The notes under the pieces are model-generated. The model was not told the origin of the DNA. It made no database searches and saw only the letters and a list, made by a program, of their open reading frames with translations. This document shows positions 12,308-25,608 of a DNA stretch of 64,000 nucleotides, one piece after another. Made by a program: the position numbers and the translations under genes. The stretch spans positions 59,894,001-59,958,000 of the forward strand of contig NW_024704742.1 of assembly GCF_018977255.1 (NCBI RefSeq), in the 5' to 3' direction. This DNA comes from Callorhinchus milii (Eukaryota). Each line of letters starts with the position of its first letter. Position 1 is the first letter of the stretch.

Positions 12308-12631
12308 AATAATAATAATAATAATCCTTGCATTTGATATAGCGCTTTTCACGTCGGGAGGATGTCCCAAAGTGCTTCACAGAACACACTGTAAAGTGAA
12401 TTGACTGTATATTTGTGGGCGAACGCGGCAGCTAATTGCACACAGCAATGTCCCACAAACAATCGTAGATTGAAAATGACCAATTTATTATTGTTTTGGG
12501 CTTTGGAGGGATTATTATTATTAGGCGTGTGGAGTAAGGAAACTTGCCCAAGGTTTCGCCCTGCCTGGAATTGAACTCAGGTCTCTCTCACTTGCAAAGC
12601 GATTGCTCTAACCACTGAGCTACAGGACTCC
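12308..12631 (-). mobile_element. Full-length tRNA-derived SINE
   Basis: Near-identical to 9803-10129. Confidence 0.95.
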
Positions 12632-14833
12632 ACAAATGGTCAGTTATATTTTAGGTCCAATATTCAGGATGTATTGGACATAACCATCTGTGGTTTTACA
12701 TTTCTTCCCATTGTTTTCTATTGTACCTTTTTGTTGAGCTTTGAGCTTTTCTGTCAGAATTCAAAGCAGGTTGTTGCCTTTTGCATTTGGTTTCATTAAT
12801 GCTGTCTCAGCTGCTTTCTGGGGTACTCTTATTTCTTACTGCCAAACAACCAGCTTGGAATATAAAGCTGATTCTGCAGATCAAATGTTTCCTTGTTCTT
12901 TGTTGCCTTGATACATCAAATAGCATTTCCAAGGAACTATTTCAGACTCATCTATAGGCGGTAACCACAATGCAGGCAAATAGGACAGTCTCCATTTCTA
13001 TAAGTGCTTTCTGATAACCTGGCTTAGCTTGGCTCAGAAGTGAGTGGGTTCAGGGCTGACACCTACTTAGCAAAGGACTTGAAATATTATTTTCTAATAA
13101 CTAGAATGGACTTTAAACCTTTTTATTTTGAAAATAACATTTTCCAGAGTGTGGCTAGTGCATTTTTTGTCACTCACCTAAGGATCCAGCCCCCAAAGTA
13201 AGTAAAATAAAAATAATTCTATGAGAATCAAATATTCCAAACTCTGATCTGTTGCCTCAAAATCCAAGCTGGCAGCAGATCAGTATAAAAATTGGAGCTG
13301 AGATTAGTGGTTAACGCACTCGCCTCGTAGGCAAGAGGACCTGAGTTTGACTTTTCAGTCTTTTAGTCGATTACTTTTCAGGAGGTAATAATTCCTTCAA
13401 AAAAAAATTTGGTCACTCAATCCACGACTGTTTGTGGGACACTGCTCTATGCAATTGGCTGGCACATTTGACCCAGTGGGATTCTATGCCCCACCCAGGA
13501 AAATAAAAGAAGAAAGGAAAGGTAATAAATTGTAATGACTGTCAGAGGCCAGGTGTCAGCAGGTGTCAGCTTGGTTCAGCTAGTAGCACTTTCACATTTG
13601 GGTCAGAAGGTTATGGGTTCAAGTCTTGTATCAGTGACTTCGAGACCATGATCCAGGCTCACCTTCCAATACAACAATGGGAGAGGACTGTGTTATTGGA
13701 GTGTAGTCCTTTGGATGAGATGTTGAACTGTAGCTCCATCTGTTCAACTGGATGTCAAGGAATCCGTGACATGAATAAAGAGAGAATGGTGTTTCTCTTG
13801 GTGCCCGAGCTAGCAATTTTACAGTTAAATGGTCATTCACCGCTTGGCTGTTTGTGGGACATCACTGTGTGTAAACTGGCTGCTGCATTTGTCTACAAAT
13901 GTGCAGCCATTACATTTTACAAAATAACTCTCGGAAGTGCTTTGAGATGTTTTGGCATGATAAGGCATTCATTCAAATATTATGATTACATTATATAATC
14001 TGTGCATTTGATATAGCGTCTTATCCCGTCTTTGAGATGTCAATTGGTGGAGTTTCTTATACAACTTAGTTTTATGCTGGCAAATGGAGCCACTGCAGAG
14101 GGTTCGTTCCCCGACTGAACAGCAGGTAATAAATTTAATAGCTTGCTTCCAAAACTGGTGCTGCATTTCAAGTGGCTTTCAAAAGATTTATTTTCTGTGC
14201 ACCTGTGTTGTAAACAAGAACTCAGTAATTACCAGTGAGACACCTTAATGAGTGAAATAAATGCCCATTATCTCAACTCTCATCTCATCCAATCTTCCCA
14301 ATAAAATTCTCCTACTCTGTATTCACGTCGGGAGGACGTCCATAGCCTTGGGAGGTCCTCCGGACGTGAAAGGCGCTATACAATTGCCATTTTGATCTTT
14401 TTGTTGTTGTCAGCCTCCAACACCAAAGTCGTGCTTTACAATAAACAAAGAAATGCTGTTCTCTGCATCTGACTTCATTTCAGTTCCCAAATGCACATGG
14501 CGCCCTCTCTTGGAAGGCAACATGTACAAATGCATGATTTTGTAAGTTACAATAATTATTCAAAGTGTATAAATATAACGACCCATTACAGTAGCAGAAA
14601 ATGGCTCTGGGCAGGACTTTACAGTTGTTATATAGCTCAGTTTCATTACGACAATCTCCAAACTAAGTGCATTGGTTAAAATAAAAATGTTTTGGAAAAT
14701 GAAGAAGTGACATTCAAAGAGTACGCAATAATATTAATAATAATCCTTGCATTTGATATCACATCTACGAGACGTCTCAAAGCGCTTCACAGAATATACT
14801 GTAAAGTGACTTGCCTGTATATTTCTGTGGCCA

Positions 14834-14903
14834 AAATAGACCTAAACATGTACAGCGGAGAAATAGACCTAAACATGTACAGCGGAGAAATAGACCTAAA
14901 CAT
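14834..14903. repeat. 27-bp tandem repeat x2.6 (AAATAGACCTAAACATGTACAGCGGAG)
   Basis: Perfect units at 14834-14860 and 14861-14887, partial unit at 14888-14903. Confidence 0.95.
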
Positions 14904-15731
14904 TCACGCCTTATCTTGGGGAATGATTATTCAGGCTATGGTTTATGTTTAAAACCATCAGAATGTACAGCACAAAGGGAGGCCATTTGACCCAGCGTGT
15001 CTTCAGCCTCTGCCCCCACCTTTTGGAATCCATCCCACAGTCCCTTTGCCTTGTTCCCTCCCTTGCTCCGTCAAGGCACATCTCAAGAGCCTCCTCTTCG
15101 ACCAAGCCTTTCGCCACTCTCCTACCCTCCCCGCCCTCCACCCTCCCTGATCCCAACTCCCTGCTCGCGTCCAAATCCTTGACTGTCCAGCGCCTTGGGA
15201 AATCCTCCCAACATGAAAGGCACTATACAAATGTAATGTGATGTTGTTGTTGGTTCTCTGAAAGTACAATCTGTTTTGTCCCATTCTGCAGCCTTTACTC
15301 TATCTCCTTATATATTTCTCATTTAGAAATATATATCTAATATCTTGCAGCTAATATCTTTTTTTCTCCAACCATAGTGGCAGGATAGGCATTCCACGTC
15401 CTAACAACCTTCTTTGTAGAAAAAAAACTTTCTCCTAACCTCTCACTTTATTCTTTTTAATTGCTTTGTTACTGAAGTAACTGGCTGAATGACAAGTGAG
15501 AATCATTTCTCCTATTTATTCATCACAACTCCCCAATTTAAAAAGCCTCGAACATGAATTCTTGCCTTTGTAAAATATGTAAGAATGCATCACACAAGGA
15601 AGGCATTGGCTACAATACGTCTGCAAATTAAAACTCATGTCATTTTCTAAAGTCCATGTTAAATTTCAATAGCAGTGTTTTATCTGCAATGAAACCTCTT
15701 TATTCCAAGTTGGTATTATCGAGCACCCAGT

Positions 15732-16030
15732 GGAGTCCTGTAGCTCAGTGGTTAGAGCGCACCTGGGCTCAATTCCCAGCAGGGCGAAACCTTGGGCAAT
15801 TTTCCTTACTCCACACACTTAATAATAATCCCTCCAAAAACAAAAGAATAATAAATTGGTCATTTTCAATCTACGATTGTTTGTGGAACACTGCTGTGCG
15901 CAATTGGCTGCTGCGTTTCGCCCACAAATATATGGTCAATTCACTTTAGGGTATATTCTGTGAAGCGTTTTGAGACGTCTAGAAGACGTGAAAAGCGCTA
16001 TATCAAATGCAAGGATTATTATTATTATTA
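15732..16030 (+). mobile_element. tRNA-derived SINE with a small deletion in the head
   Basis: GGAGTCCTGTAGCTCAGTGG head, (TTA)n tail. Confidence 0.95.
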
Positions 16031-16031
16031 T

Positions 16032-17400
16032 GTAGTTCACAAAAGGTGGAAATGTAAACTCTGGGATACCTGAACAGATCCATAATTTCAGTTCAATAGA
16101 TTTTCTCTGCATTCAAAGATGAAAAATTGGAAGACAGGACAGGTGGATGGAATTCCTGCTATGTTTATCTGATTGAGCCACTTTGGCACAATGCAATGCT
16201 GCCAACATCAATATAAGGAGGAAATAGTTCCATCAGTGGGTACCTCGTGCTACTAGGTTAAAAAGAGCATTAATCCTGTCACCCAAAGTAATGCCAAGAC
16301 CTAAGATTTTGTATGAATAAAAGAAACAAAATATGAAGTAAAATATGAAAATGTCCAAGGTATAATGCAAGAGCAAAATCAGAAATCTAAATCGAAGATA
16401 AAAGTGAAAACAACAACAACAACAAGATTCCATTTATAAAGCGCCTTTCACGTCAGGAGGACATCCCAAGGCGCTGCACAGTTGGGTCATGACCCGAGCA
16501 GGGGGCAAATGGTCAGGGTGAGGGGAGGGGAGGGAGCGAGGAGGGGGGAAATGGTCAGGGTGAGGGGAGGGATGTGAGGGAGCGCGAAGGGGGAAGAGAG
16601 TCGAGAGGGGAGCTGAAGGCTGAAGGTCAAAGAGAAAGGTTTTGAGACCGGCCTTGAAGGAGGAGAGGGAGGAAGCGGCGAAGGCACTGGGGGATAGAGT
16701 TCCAGAGCCTCGGGGCTGAGAGGCTGAAGGCCCGACCACCAATGGTAGGGCGATTGGGGCGGGGGACGTGGAGCAGACCGGAGCCGGAGGAACGGAGGGT
16801 ACAGGCAGGTAGGTAGGGGGATAGTAGGTTGGAGAGGTAGGAGGGAGAAGTGATCTTATGATGTAAAGTACACCAAACGCAATTTACATTCATATAATGT
16901 CTTGCACATCAGAAGGATGTCCAATGTATTTAACATTGTTGGTTGGTCATCGAAGCTAGGGGGGTTGGAAACCGAAAGGAGTGCAGAAGCAAAAGATGAT
17001 CAAAAGCGCAGTCAAAGAAATATATTTTGAAAGTAATGTACGCTGCACGTCTCAAGAACAGTTGCATTACCAAAACTATCAACTGTTACAGACTGCAGTC
17101 AAGATGTCATCTTTAGGCAACCCTGTCCATTAGAAAATCTTCCAAGCCAAAATAGCTTTAAACCTCATGAGTATCTGTCTCTGAGCAAGCCAGTAAACTT
17201 ATCACCTGAGGATAATTCCTTTTGGGAAAATCAATCCATTATTGAAACCCATGGGGGCACTGAAACTCCTGTGGGACATTCCCTCTCGGCAATTCCCTCT
17301 AATTAACAGCATGATTGTGAATCTGCCCATTTGCTTTTTTTCTCTCGCTCTCTCTATGTTTTACTGCCCATTACAACAACTTAAGTAAGCCAACATGACC
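16032..17400 (+). pseudogene. Stop-poor fossil coding segment, possibly the matrix (M) gene of copy B; split by L2
   Basis: 16981-17385 frame 1 has only 3 stops in about 135 codons (..HLRIIPFGKINPLLKPM..). It sits between N and F where P/M are expected. Motif support is weak. Confidence 0.3.
16410..16853 (-). mobile_element. Young L2 LINE 3' end
   Basis: ORF PSYLSNLLSPYLPACTLRSS..GGRAFSLSAPRLWNSIP; (GTT)n tail; highly similar to 45757-46150. Confidence 0.95.
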
Positions 17401-18711
17401 TAGTTTTTAATTGGCACAGCCAGGCTGTGGCGCAGTTACCCAACTCTTTTTGAAACATAATGATAAAAATATGTGTTGCTTTGTTTAAAAAAAAGCCACT
17501 AACACAAACTGAATTAAACATCCATTAGTAATCATCCATGTATTGTAATCGAAGAACATGTCTGCAAGCATTCACAGTTTTATTATTAACTCAATTATTA
17601 TTAAATCAAGCCCTTCATCAGGACTTTCAACTCACAGTCTTAGCTGACACAGCAATACAGTGCTGGGAGAGTGCTCCATTGTCAGAGGTGTGGTCATTTG
17701 GATGAGACATTAAACTGAGGTCCCATCTGCTTGCTTAGTTGAATATTACAAATGCCATGGCACTGTTGAAAGAAAAAGGGAGTTTCTCCCTATATCCTGG
17801 CCCAAAACAAAATTGGTCATTTACTTCAAGGTTGTTTATGGGCCTGCTGTATGCAAACTGGGCTGCCGTGTTCACCTTCAAAATACACCAGCTCTACAAT
17901 TTAAAGTATATCCTGCAAGTGCTTTCAGATATCCTCCTGATGCAAAAGGCACAACATCAAATACAAGGAGCATTATTATTTTAACTCAAAGGGTATAGGG
18001 GTATACCCACCACAATATATTGTGACTGAGCTCAGCTATCAAAGACTAACATGTAGTTCAGAATTGCTGGAATACTACTGAGTCCCAACTTTCCTTAAGT
18101 ACCAGACAATTCTGAATGTAACGTATAATTTCATATTTAGAAGGTTGAAATAGTTTCATGGTGTGTTTACTTTCAGTCAATCAGGTGGCTGATAAAAGCA
18201 GAAACATATCACCAAGCTGAGTTCCACATGCAGTGGAAGTTGCTTTAACCGGATACCGGTTAACCTCGGATGGCAGATAATTTGGACAAAATGCCCGGCT
18301 CCAATTCATTTGCATTCGTACATGTTGCCTATCCATTCACAAACGCCACCACTAATTGGTCCCCTTCCATCCACAGCTAGTCCTTAATAGCATTATCTGA
18401 CAAGCTACCCATGAATAGTCTAAATTGGAACATCCAATCCACTGGGGCTTTGGCTTGTAACTTAACAGGAGCCGAGTGGCAAAAAATCCCTGCTTTCAGG
18501 CTGCCACTCCAAGTCCTGCCAATGTGCTCTTTCCCTCCAAAGTCTGTTGATAAGTCAGACCTGCTGGTGTGTCATCAGCAGTACTTGGAGTACTGCAGAC
18601 CCAACTGGCTCAGGAATCGGACCACCGAGATTGCTGCAGAAGGTTCACTTGATTCCAACATTCTGTTGCCCAAACACCATAAAACCAATAGTATAAAACT
18701 CAGTGAGCAAG

Positions 18712-19070
18712 CCATAATAAGCCTTGCATTTGACTTAGCGCCCCTTATCAAGTTGTTGAGATGTCTCAAAGCACTTTACAGAATACACTATCAAATGAAA
18801 TGACTGTATATTTTGTGGGCGAAAAGCAGTAGCCAATTGCACACAGCAGTGTCCCACAAACAGTTGAGGATTAAGTGACCAATTTTTTTTTAGGAATTAT
18901 TACTCAAAAAATGATCAGCCAATGACTAACAACTAGGTTCTTACTTACTGCTAGGTAAACAGAATTGTGTGTACTAAGGAAACTTGCATAAAGTGTCACC
19001 CTGCCCAGGAATCGAATCCGGGTCCTCTTCCTTGCGAGGTGAGTGCTCTATATAATATGCTGCAGGAATC
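18712..19070 (-). mobile_element. tRNA-derived SINE, older long subfamily
   Basis: Same head and tail, with an extra internal CTTACTGCTAGGTAAACAGA segment shared with the copies at 30229, 31456 and 47323. Confidence 0.9.
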
Positions 19071-19112
19071 TACATAGTAATAACTGAGATCACCATTCTA
19101 CTCCTTTCCTGT

Positions 19113-19432
19113 GGAGTCCTGTAGCTCAGTGGTTAGAGCACTCGCTTTGCAAGCGAGAGACCTGAGTTCAATTCCAGGCAGGGCGAAACCTTGGGCAAGT
19201 TTCCTTACTCCACACGCCTAATAATAATCACTCCAAAAACCAAAAACAATAATAAAAATTGGTCATTTTCAATCTATGACTGTTTGTGGGACATTGCTGT
19301 GCGCAATTGGCTGCCGCGTTCACCCACAAATATACAGTCAATTCACTTTACAGTGTGTTCTGTGAAGCACTTTGGGATGTCCTCCCGACGTGAAAAGCAC
19401 TATATCAAATGCAAGGATTATTATTATTATTA
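19113..19432 (+). mobile_element. Full-length tRNA-derived SINE
   Basis: Complete head to (TTA)n tail. Confidence 0.95.
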
Positions 19433-20220
19433 CTCTGAATCCTATTTTTTTCATAATTTTGTATTTTAAGTAGCAGCAACAAAGTGATGATCTGATTTGG
19501 AAAGATCAGATAAATTGACTGCCTTCAAAAACCCAAGGAACTTTAAATTCTGTACCTATCTTCATGCCAGATAGTATCATCCATTAGAGACTGTGATTCA
19601 ACACCTACTTGTGTCAGGACCTTTTATATATAAATGGCTTTTGGTAAAATTCATCTACAAGATTAAATCATTTTTTTGGATAATGCAATCTACGGAGGTG
19701 TCTCCATCCCTGCAACATTTGCAATGACAAACTGCTATAAAAAAAGTCAATGCCAGGTGTTTTCTTTGTGATCAGAGAATTTAATATTCTGACAAGCTGA
19801 TTCCACATTTCATAGGCAATCCGTTTCTGTGAATAAAAGAACGACTATTTAATCAAAGTATTTAAGCATTTTGGGAAGCAAAGAGCTAGTTGCTGTGAAT
19901 TCAATAAGTCAGATCCCATAAATGTAATTGAATCAACCGGACCTTTAGCATTTCTACAAAGAGAATATCAGTACAGCTTTCTTATAAAAGGTACAATTAA
20001 TTAATAGAAAATTTTGCAGGAGGGCAAGTGCAACAAGAGATGGTAAGCAAAGGTTTTGTGTACCTGTTCTTCTGGTGGTCTATAAAGATCCCTGTAAATT
20101 TCTTGTGAAGAAAAGTGAATTTATAAGGGTATTTTAACTGGCAAATTAAATGTCCATTCATCTATTGCTGTTTGTGGGACTTTGCAGTTGCAAATAGCTG
20201 TCTGGAATGCATTGCTTGAA

Positions 20221-20521
20221 ATAATAATAATGATCCTTACATTTGATATAGCGCTTTTCACGTCTTCTAGACGTCTCAAGAATATCCCGTAAAGTGAATT
20301 GACTGTATATTTGTGGGCGAAATGCGGCAGCCAATTGCACACAGCAGTGACCCACAAACAGCCATGGATTGAAGTGACCAATTTATTATTGTTTTTTTCT
20401 TGAGGGATTATTATCAGCCGTGTGGAGTTAGGAAACTTGCACAAGGTTTCACCCTGCCGGGAATCAAACTCAGGTCTCTCGCTTGCAAGGCGAGTGCTCT
20501 AACCACTGAACTACAGGACTC
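20221..20521 (-). mobile_element. tRNA-derived SINE
   Basis: Family match; abuts a CR1 3' remnant at ~20520-20720 (+). Confidence 0.9.
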
Positions 20522-21774
20522 AGGGTGTAGCTCACCATCAAAGGGTGGTGAAAGCAAATCCAATAATAACTTTCAAAAGCAATTTGGATATTTACTTGAA
20601 AAAAACTGCAAGGACGTGGGGAAAGAGTAGGGAGTTGGATTAATTGGTAGCTCTTTCAAAGAGCCAGCACAGGCACAATGGGTTGAAGGGCCTCCTTCTG
20701 TGCTGTAGTATTCTATGTGTTTGCTAACAAATGCAGCTATATAGTTATCTGTGAAGCAGTTTGAGATAATATGAAAGTCTATCCTTTGGATTAGATGTTA
20801 AACTGAGGTCTTGTCTGTGCCTATTCATTTAGATGTTAATGATCTCAATGCACTATTCAAAAAGGGCTTTTCCCAGTGTCCTTGTTGACAATCCCCCAGA
20901 TAAAATTGGTCACTCACTTCATAGCTTTTTGTGAGTCATTGGTGTGTGCCAATTGGCTGCTGTGTTTACCTACAAAACATACAGTCACTACACTTTACAG
21001 TAAAATCCTGTGAAGTGCTTGGAGACACATGCAAGAATTATTTAATATTTTTATTTATAAGGTTTTCATTTCTTTCATGAGTGAAAACACTAACAGGAGT
21101 CCTAAGTGGCACAGCTGAAAATGATTTTGATGGTCTCTGCATGTGCAAGAGAAGCTCCTGATACCATTAAGATATTAGAAGCACTTTAGCTGTGTCAATG
21201 CTAAAAACACAATGTTAACAGTTTGCCACATGGAAGTATCTTGTGCCTGAAATGGAATGTGCACTCCCCCACTAGAGAGACTCATCCTGCTTACTTAATT
21301 CTTGTAAGTTATTTGGTGCAGGTTGGCAAGAGTCAAGGCCTGGGGCCTTTAGAGTGTGCATTGATGTACTGCTGGAGTTTATCTAAGTAAAACCACATAA
21401 CATTTGATTGAGAGCACTGTCTGTCAAGCTTCCTGCTGCTTTGGTTCACCCCTGCTTAGGTTCACCCTTTGCAATTAGGGTTTGATTTGCAGGGTTATTG
21501 GGAGCTGAGTGGCAACAACTTCTACTCCAAGTGAAAACATAAACAGTCTGCCCTTCCAAGTCCTGTCAATGAGCCAAGCTGGCTCCAGCAGGGACACTTC
21601 CACAAATTTTTTTTAGATGCTATCATCAGTATATTCTGTTTACTGGTGTCCTGAATTAGTAAAGCTGTTCTGAGCTGAGTAATTGACAATTCATTACAAT
21701 AGAGAATATTTTTTTTATGTCAGAGAAGCTGCTTTAAGAAGTGAAGGGAATAACAATAATATTTTGACATTTCA

Positions 21775-22080
21775 GGAGTCCTGTAGCTCAGTGGTTAGAG
21801 CACTCGCCTCACAAGCGAGAGACCTGGATTCGATTCCTGGCAGGGTGACACTTTAGGGTAAGTTTCCTTACTCCACACGCCTGATAATAATCCCTCAAGA
21901 AAAAAAAAATTGGTCACTTCAATCCATGACTCTTTGTGGGACACTGCTGTGCGCAATTGGCTGTTACGTTTCGCCCACAAATATACAGTCAATTCACTTT
22001 ACAGTATATTCTGTGAAGTGCTTTGAGATGTCTAGAAGATGTAAAAAGTGCTATATCAAATACAAGGATTATTATTATTA
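21775..22080 (+). mobile_element. tRNA-derived SINE
   Basis: Family match, head to tail. Confidence 0.95.
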
Positions 22081-22539
22081 GAGATAATACGTAGTACTTC
22101 TACTTACAGTAAAACTGATTATCATGGACATGACAAATACTCTTTACACAAGAATCAGGTGCCCATATGCATAGTTACTCTCACAATAAACAATATGTGC
22201 ACTTTATAACTTCAGTCCAGATGGTCTGAAACAGCGTACTGGGAGTTTATGAGCTGTAGAGATCATTTGTGTTGCTTGTCATTCATAGAAAAAGTCCTCT
22301 TTGTAAATAATCGAATAAGTCTGGTCTAGTTAGTTTACTTCACAAACACACTCTCCCAGTATCAGGAGTACACCTTTTATTTTCTTAAAAATAAGGTTTG
22401 ATTAACACTGCCTGTATGAATTTGCACCCTAACAATCCTTACAAATTCAGTGTATTAATAGATTATAAAATAAACCAGACAAAAATGTTGACTCTGTATT
22501 AAACCTCATAAAGTATGTTTCCCCCTAAACGCCTTCTTA

Positions 22540-23035
22540 CACCCACACACTTCTCTCCCAATTTCTCTCCCTTTTTCTTACACATACAATACAAAATTAC
22601 ATTTGTTTAGCACTTTTCACATCGGAAGGATGTCCCACATGTACTCCACAATCTCTCCTTCGCTCAAACACAAACATACATTGATCCCAATCTTCCTCTT
22701 TCTCGCTCTCAAACACCCTCAATCCAATCTCTCTCTCTCTTATGCACACACATACACTCCTCTTAATTTGTCTTCTTTCTCACATACACACACACTCATC
22801 CCAATCTCTCTCTTCCACAAACACACACCCTCTCTCTCTCTCTCTATCACACAGATACCCAGAATCTCTCTGTGTGTCTCTCTCTCTTTCTCACACACAC
22901 ACATTTCTCATTTTTTCCCTCACACACAAACACTTCCCAATCACTGTCCTATGTCCCAATTTTCCTCTCGCTCACAAACAAACACTTCCCAATCTCTCTC
23001 TCAGACTTATAAACATACATATTCACACACACAGA
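22540..23035. repeat. Degenerate (CA)n/(CT)n low-complexity tract
   Basis: Alternating CACAC and TCTCTC runs with recurring CCCAATCTCTC. Confidence 0.9.
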
Positions 23036-25292
23036 TTACAGAAGATAAAGAACAGAACTCTGATCTTTCAGGTTAAAAATGTTAAACAGCATCTATTATG
23101 TTGTAACACCTTTATGTTATAATTTTTTTGCAAAATAAGTCTTTATAATTTCTCCTAATGAGTGGCCTATTTCTCACAATTCATTGTTAAGAATCATGGC
23201 AAAATAGCTTCTAAATTATGTCTCAGTTTAAAAATTTTGCAATACTCTGCACCATCTCAAATTTTAAGATAATAATCTTATGGCTAAGACCATGGGAAAT
23301 TTGGGGCTTGATATGCCTTCCAATTTGTGGACGTAATTTACAAAGCAGATACTTGGACTGTGCCATAAAACTTAGCCAAATCACTAGCATCAGAAAATGT
23401 ACTTCTTTGTAGTTTATGTGAGGTACAATCTTGCAAATCACTCTCAAGGGTTATAAACATAATAATATGAGTGGTAGATAGTGAGAATGAAATGGAGACC
23501 AGAGGTAGAAAGATAGACAACTTCATTTGCAACATAAATTCTGTTCTAAATCCTTTTTCAAGAGTCAGTCTTCAGCTTCTACCTGACACCTTCTGTGACC
23601 GATTATTTTTATTAACATCTAAAAATTCAGGAACATTTGAATTAAAACTCCACGGAGCCTCCAAGGAATGCATATTTTTTTTCAAAATGGTTTAGGAATA
23701 ATGCAACTTGACAAGAATTCCATCAAGATGAAGACAGACCCTATCTCATAGTGCCCCTTACCTGATTTAATCTAATAGTCTTGCTCAACTCAGCAGTAAT
23801 GAAGAGTGACTCAAAATCTAGTGAATTGTACGACACGGGAAGCTATTGATTATTTCTGAGGACATTGGATACTTTAACATGATATACAGCTAGCTCTTTC
23901 ACCCACAGATTCAGTCATAAAACAAAAACCTCTGGTGGGTGACAAAGGAGAGGGCTACACAGAACAGGAGATGGTCAGGAAGGAAACACAATTGGTGTGC
24001 AATATTACAGGCAAATAAGGAGAAGCATTCGAAGGAAAATAAAATCTTTGCAAGCTTTAAATTCACAAACCAAAGCTGGAGAGGAAACATTTTTACTTTG
24101 CAATACTATCATACCCATAATGTCATGCCTTTCTTGAGATGCCATTGAACTAACAAACTCCCAATTTTCCTATTTAATAATAGGAGGATGATATGGTGGA
24201 TATTTGGGAAGGCTGAGATCAAATGGGCCAGTTGGGTCTTCTTTATTTGACATTTTCTTGTGAATTATTTATAATATCCTGAAATATCCTGCATCAATGT
24301 GCTGCTGTGGTAAGAGCGTGATTATAAAATAATCCTTGCATTTTATACAATGCCTTTGACATCAGGAGCATGTCTCAAAGCATAAGATTTACAGTAATAA
24401 AATGTAGTTGTTAAAGTACTGTACTGTAGTTACTGTATTCTGTAGGCAAACCCGGAATCCAATTTGTGTACACCAGTGTCTCACAAACAGCCATAAAGTG
24501 AATGACCATTTTTTTTGATTTGGGGAATTGTTGCCCAGGAGACATTCCCTTCTCTTTTTGAATAGTACCTGAACAGGCACAGACAGAGCCTTAGTTTAAT
24601 ATCTGATCTCTCACAATGCAAGTAACCCCAGTTTTGTATTGGAGTGTCAATCCTAGACTATGTGATAAAATTGGTAATTTACTTCATGGCTATTTATGGG
24701 ACAATGCTCTACCCAAATTGGCTCCCTCGTTCATTTACCGATACACAATGAACCCGGTGAAGCATTTTGAGACCTTTTGACAATGTGAAAAGGCGCTAAA
24801 TCAAATGCAAGGACTATTATTGCAACTAGATTCCAATCGGAGTACATGTGACTGTGTTACAATAAGCTGCTGAACAGCAGCTAAAATAACCGGCAGAATG
24901 TATCTGCTCATAGAATTATGGATTTTAATACACAATGATTTCTATTGGGACTTCTTTAACAAGCAATCTGAGTAGGGAATCATTCTTTTAAGTCACTTGT
25001 CATGTGGGCTCACGGGAACTTCGCTATGAAAGTGGAACAGGTCGGATCGAAGATCCCGCAAGTTTGTGTAGCATACATCTAGTTTCCTTTTTTAAAAAAA
25101 TCCCATCAGAAAGCTGTGCATGTTGGACCCCCTATACACTAGTTAGTTTGATTTCTCTCCAATTTTCAAGATCTGACAAACACTGGAACCTACAAGGGTG
25201 CTTTCAAATTTACCCAGCTTCAGATCAATTGTAATTTTGAACTTGAATTTAGCCTGGTATAGCGGACTGATCTGCAGGCTGGTTTTGGTCTA

Positions 25293-25608
25293 TAATAATA
25301 ATAATAATCCTTGCATTTGATATAACGCTTTTCACGTCTTCTAGACATCCCAAAGCGCTTCACAGAATATACTGTAAAGTGAATTAACTGTATATTTGTG
25401 GGCGAATGCGGCAGCCAATTTCACACAGCAGTGTCCCACAAACAGTCATGGATTGAAAATGATCAATTTATTATTGTTTTGTTTTTTGGAGGGATTATTA
25501 TTAGGCGTGTGGAGTAAGGAAACTTGTCCAAGGTTTCGCCTGCCTGGAATTGAGCTCAGGTCTCTCACTTGCAAAGCGAGCGCTCTAACCACTGAGCTAC
25601 AGAACTCC
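25293..25608 (-). mobile_element. Full-length tRNA-derived SINE
   Basis: Family match. Confidence 0.95.

Larger units (their letters stand above)
19450..24150 (+). pseudogene. Endogenous viral element: paramyxovirus-type F gene, decayed and TE-split (copy B)
   Basis: F2-like VPIFMPDSII/IRDC ~19552-19595 (~VIKLMPN....NC); fusion-peptide-like FFG/NAIYGGVSIPATFA 19672-19723; LVAVNSISQ ~19886-19912; FICNINSVLNPFS..FCDR..FELKLHG..EC 23522-23672 (Cys-rich F1 block); LSPTD ~23896-23910. Confidence 0.55.

Noticed and set aside
19113..19185. tRNA gene
   Set aside because: It is the tRNA-derived head of the SINE and continues into the SINE body; the same applies to all copies.
22603..23122. ORFs of 157 and 126 aa
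   Set aside because: Artefacts of the CA/CT low-complexity tract.
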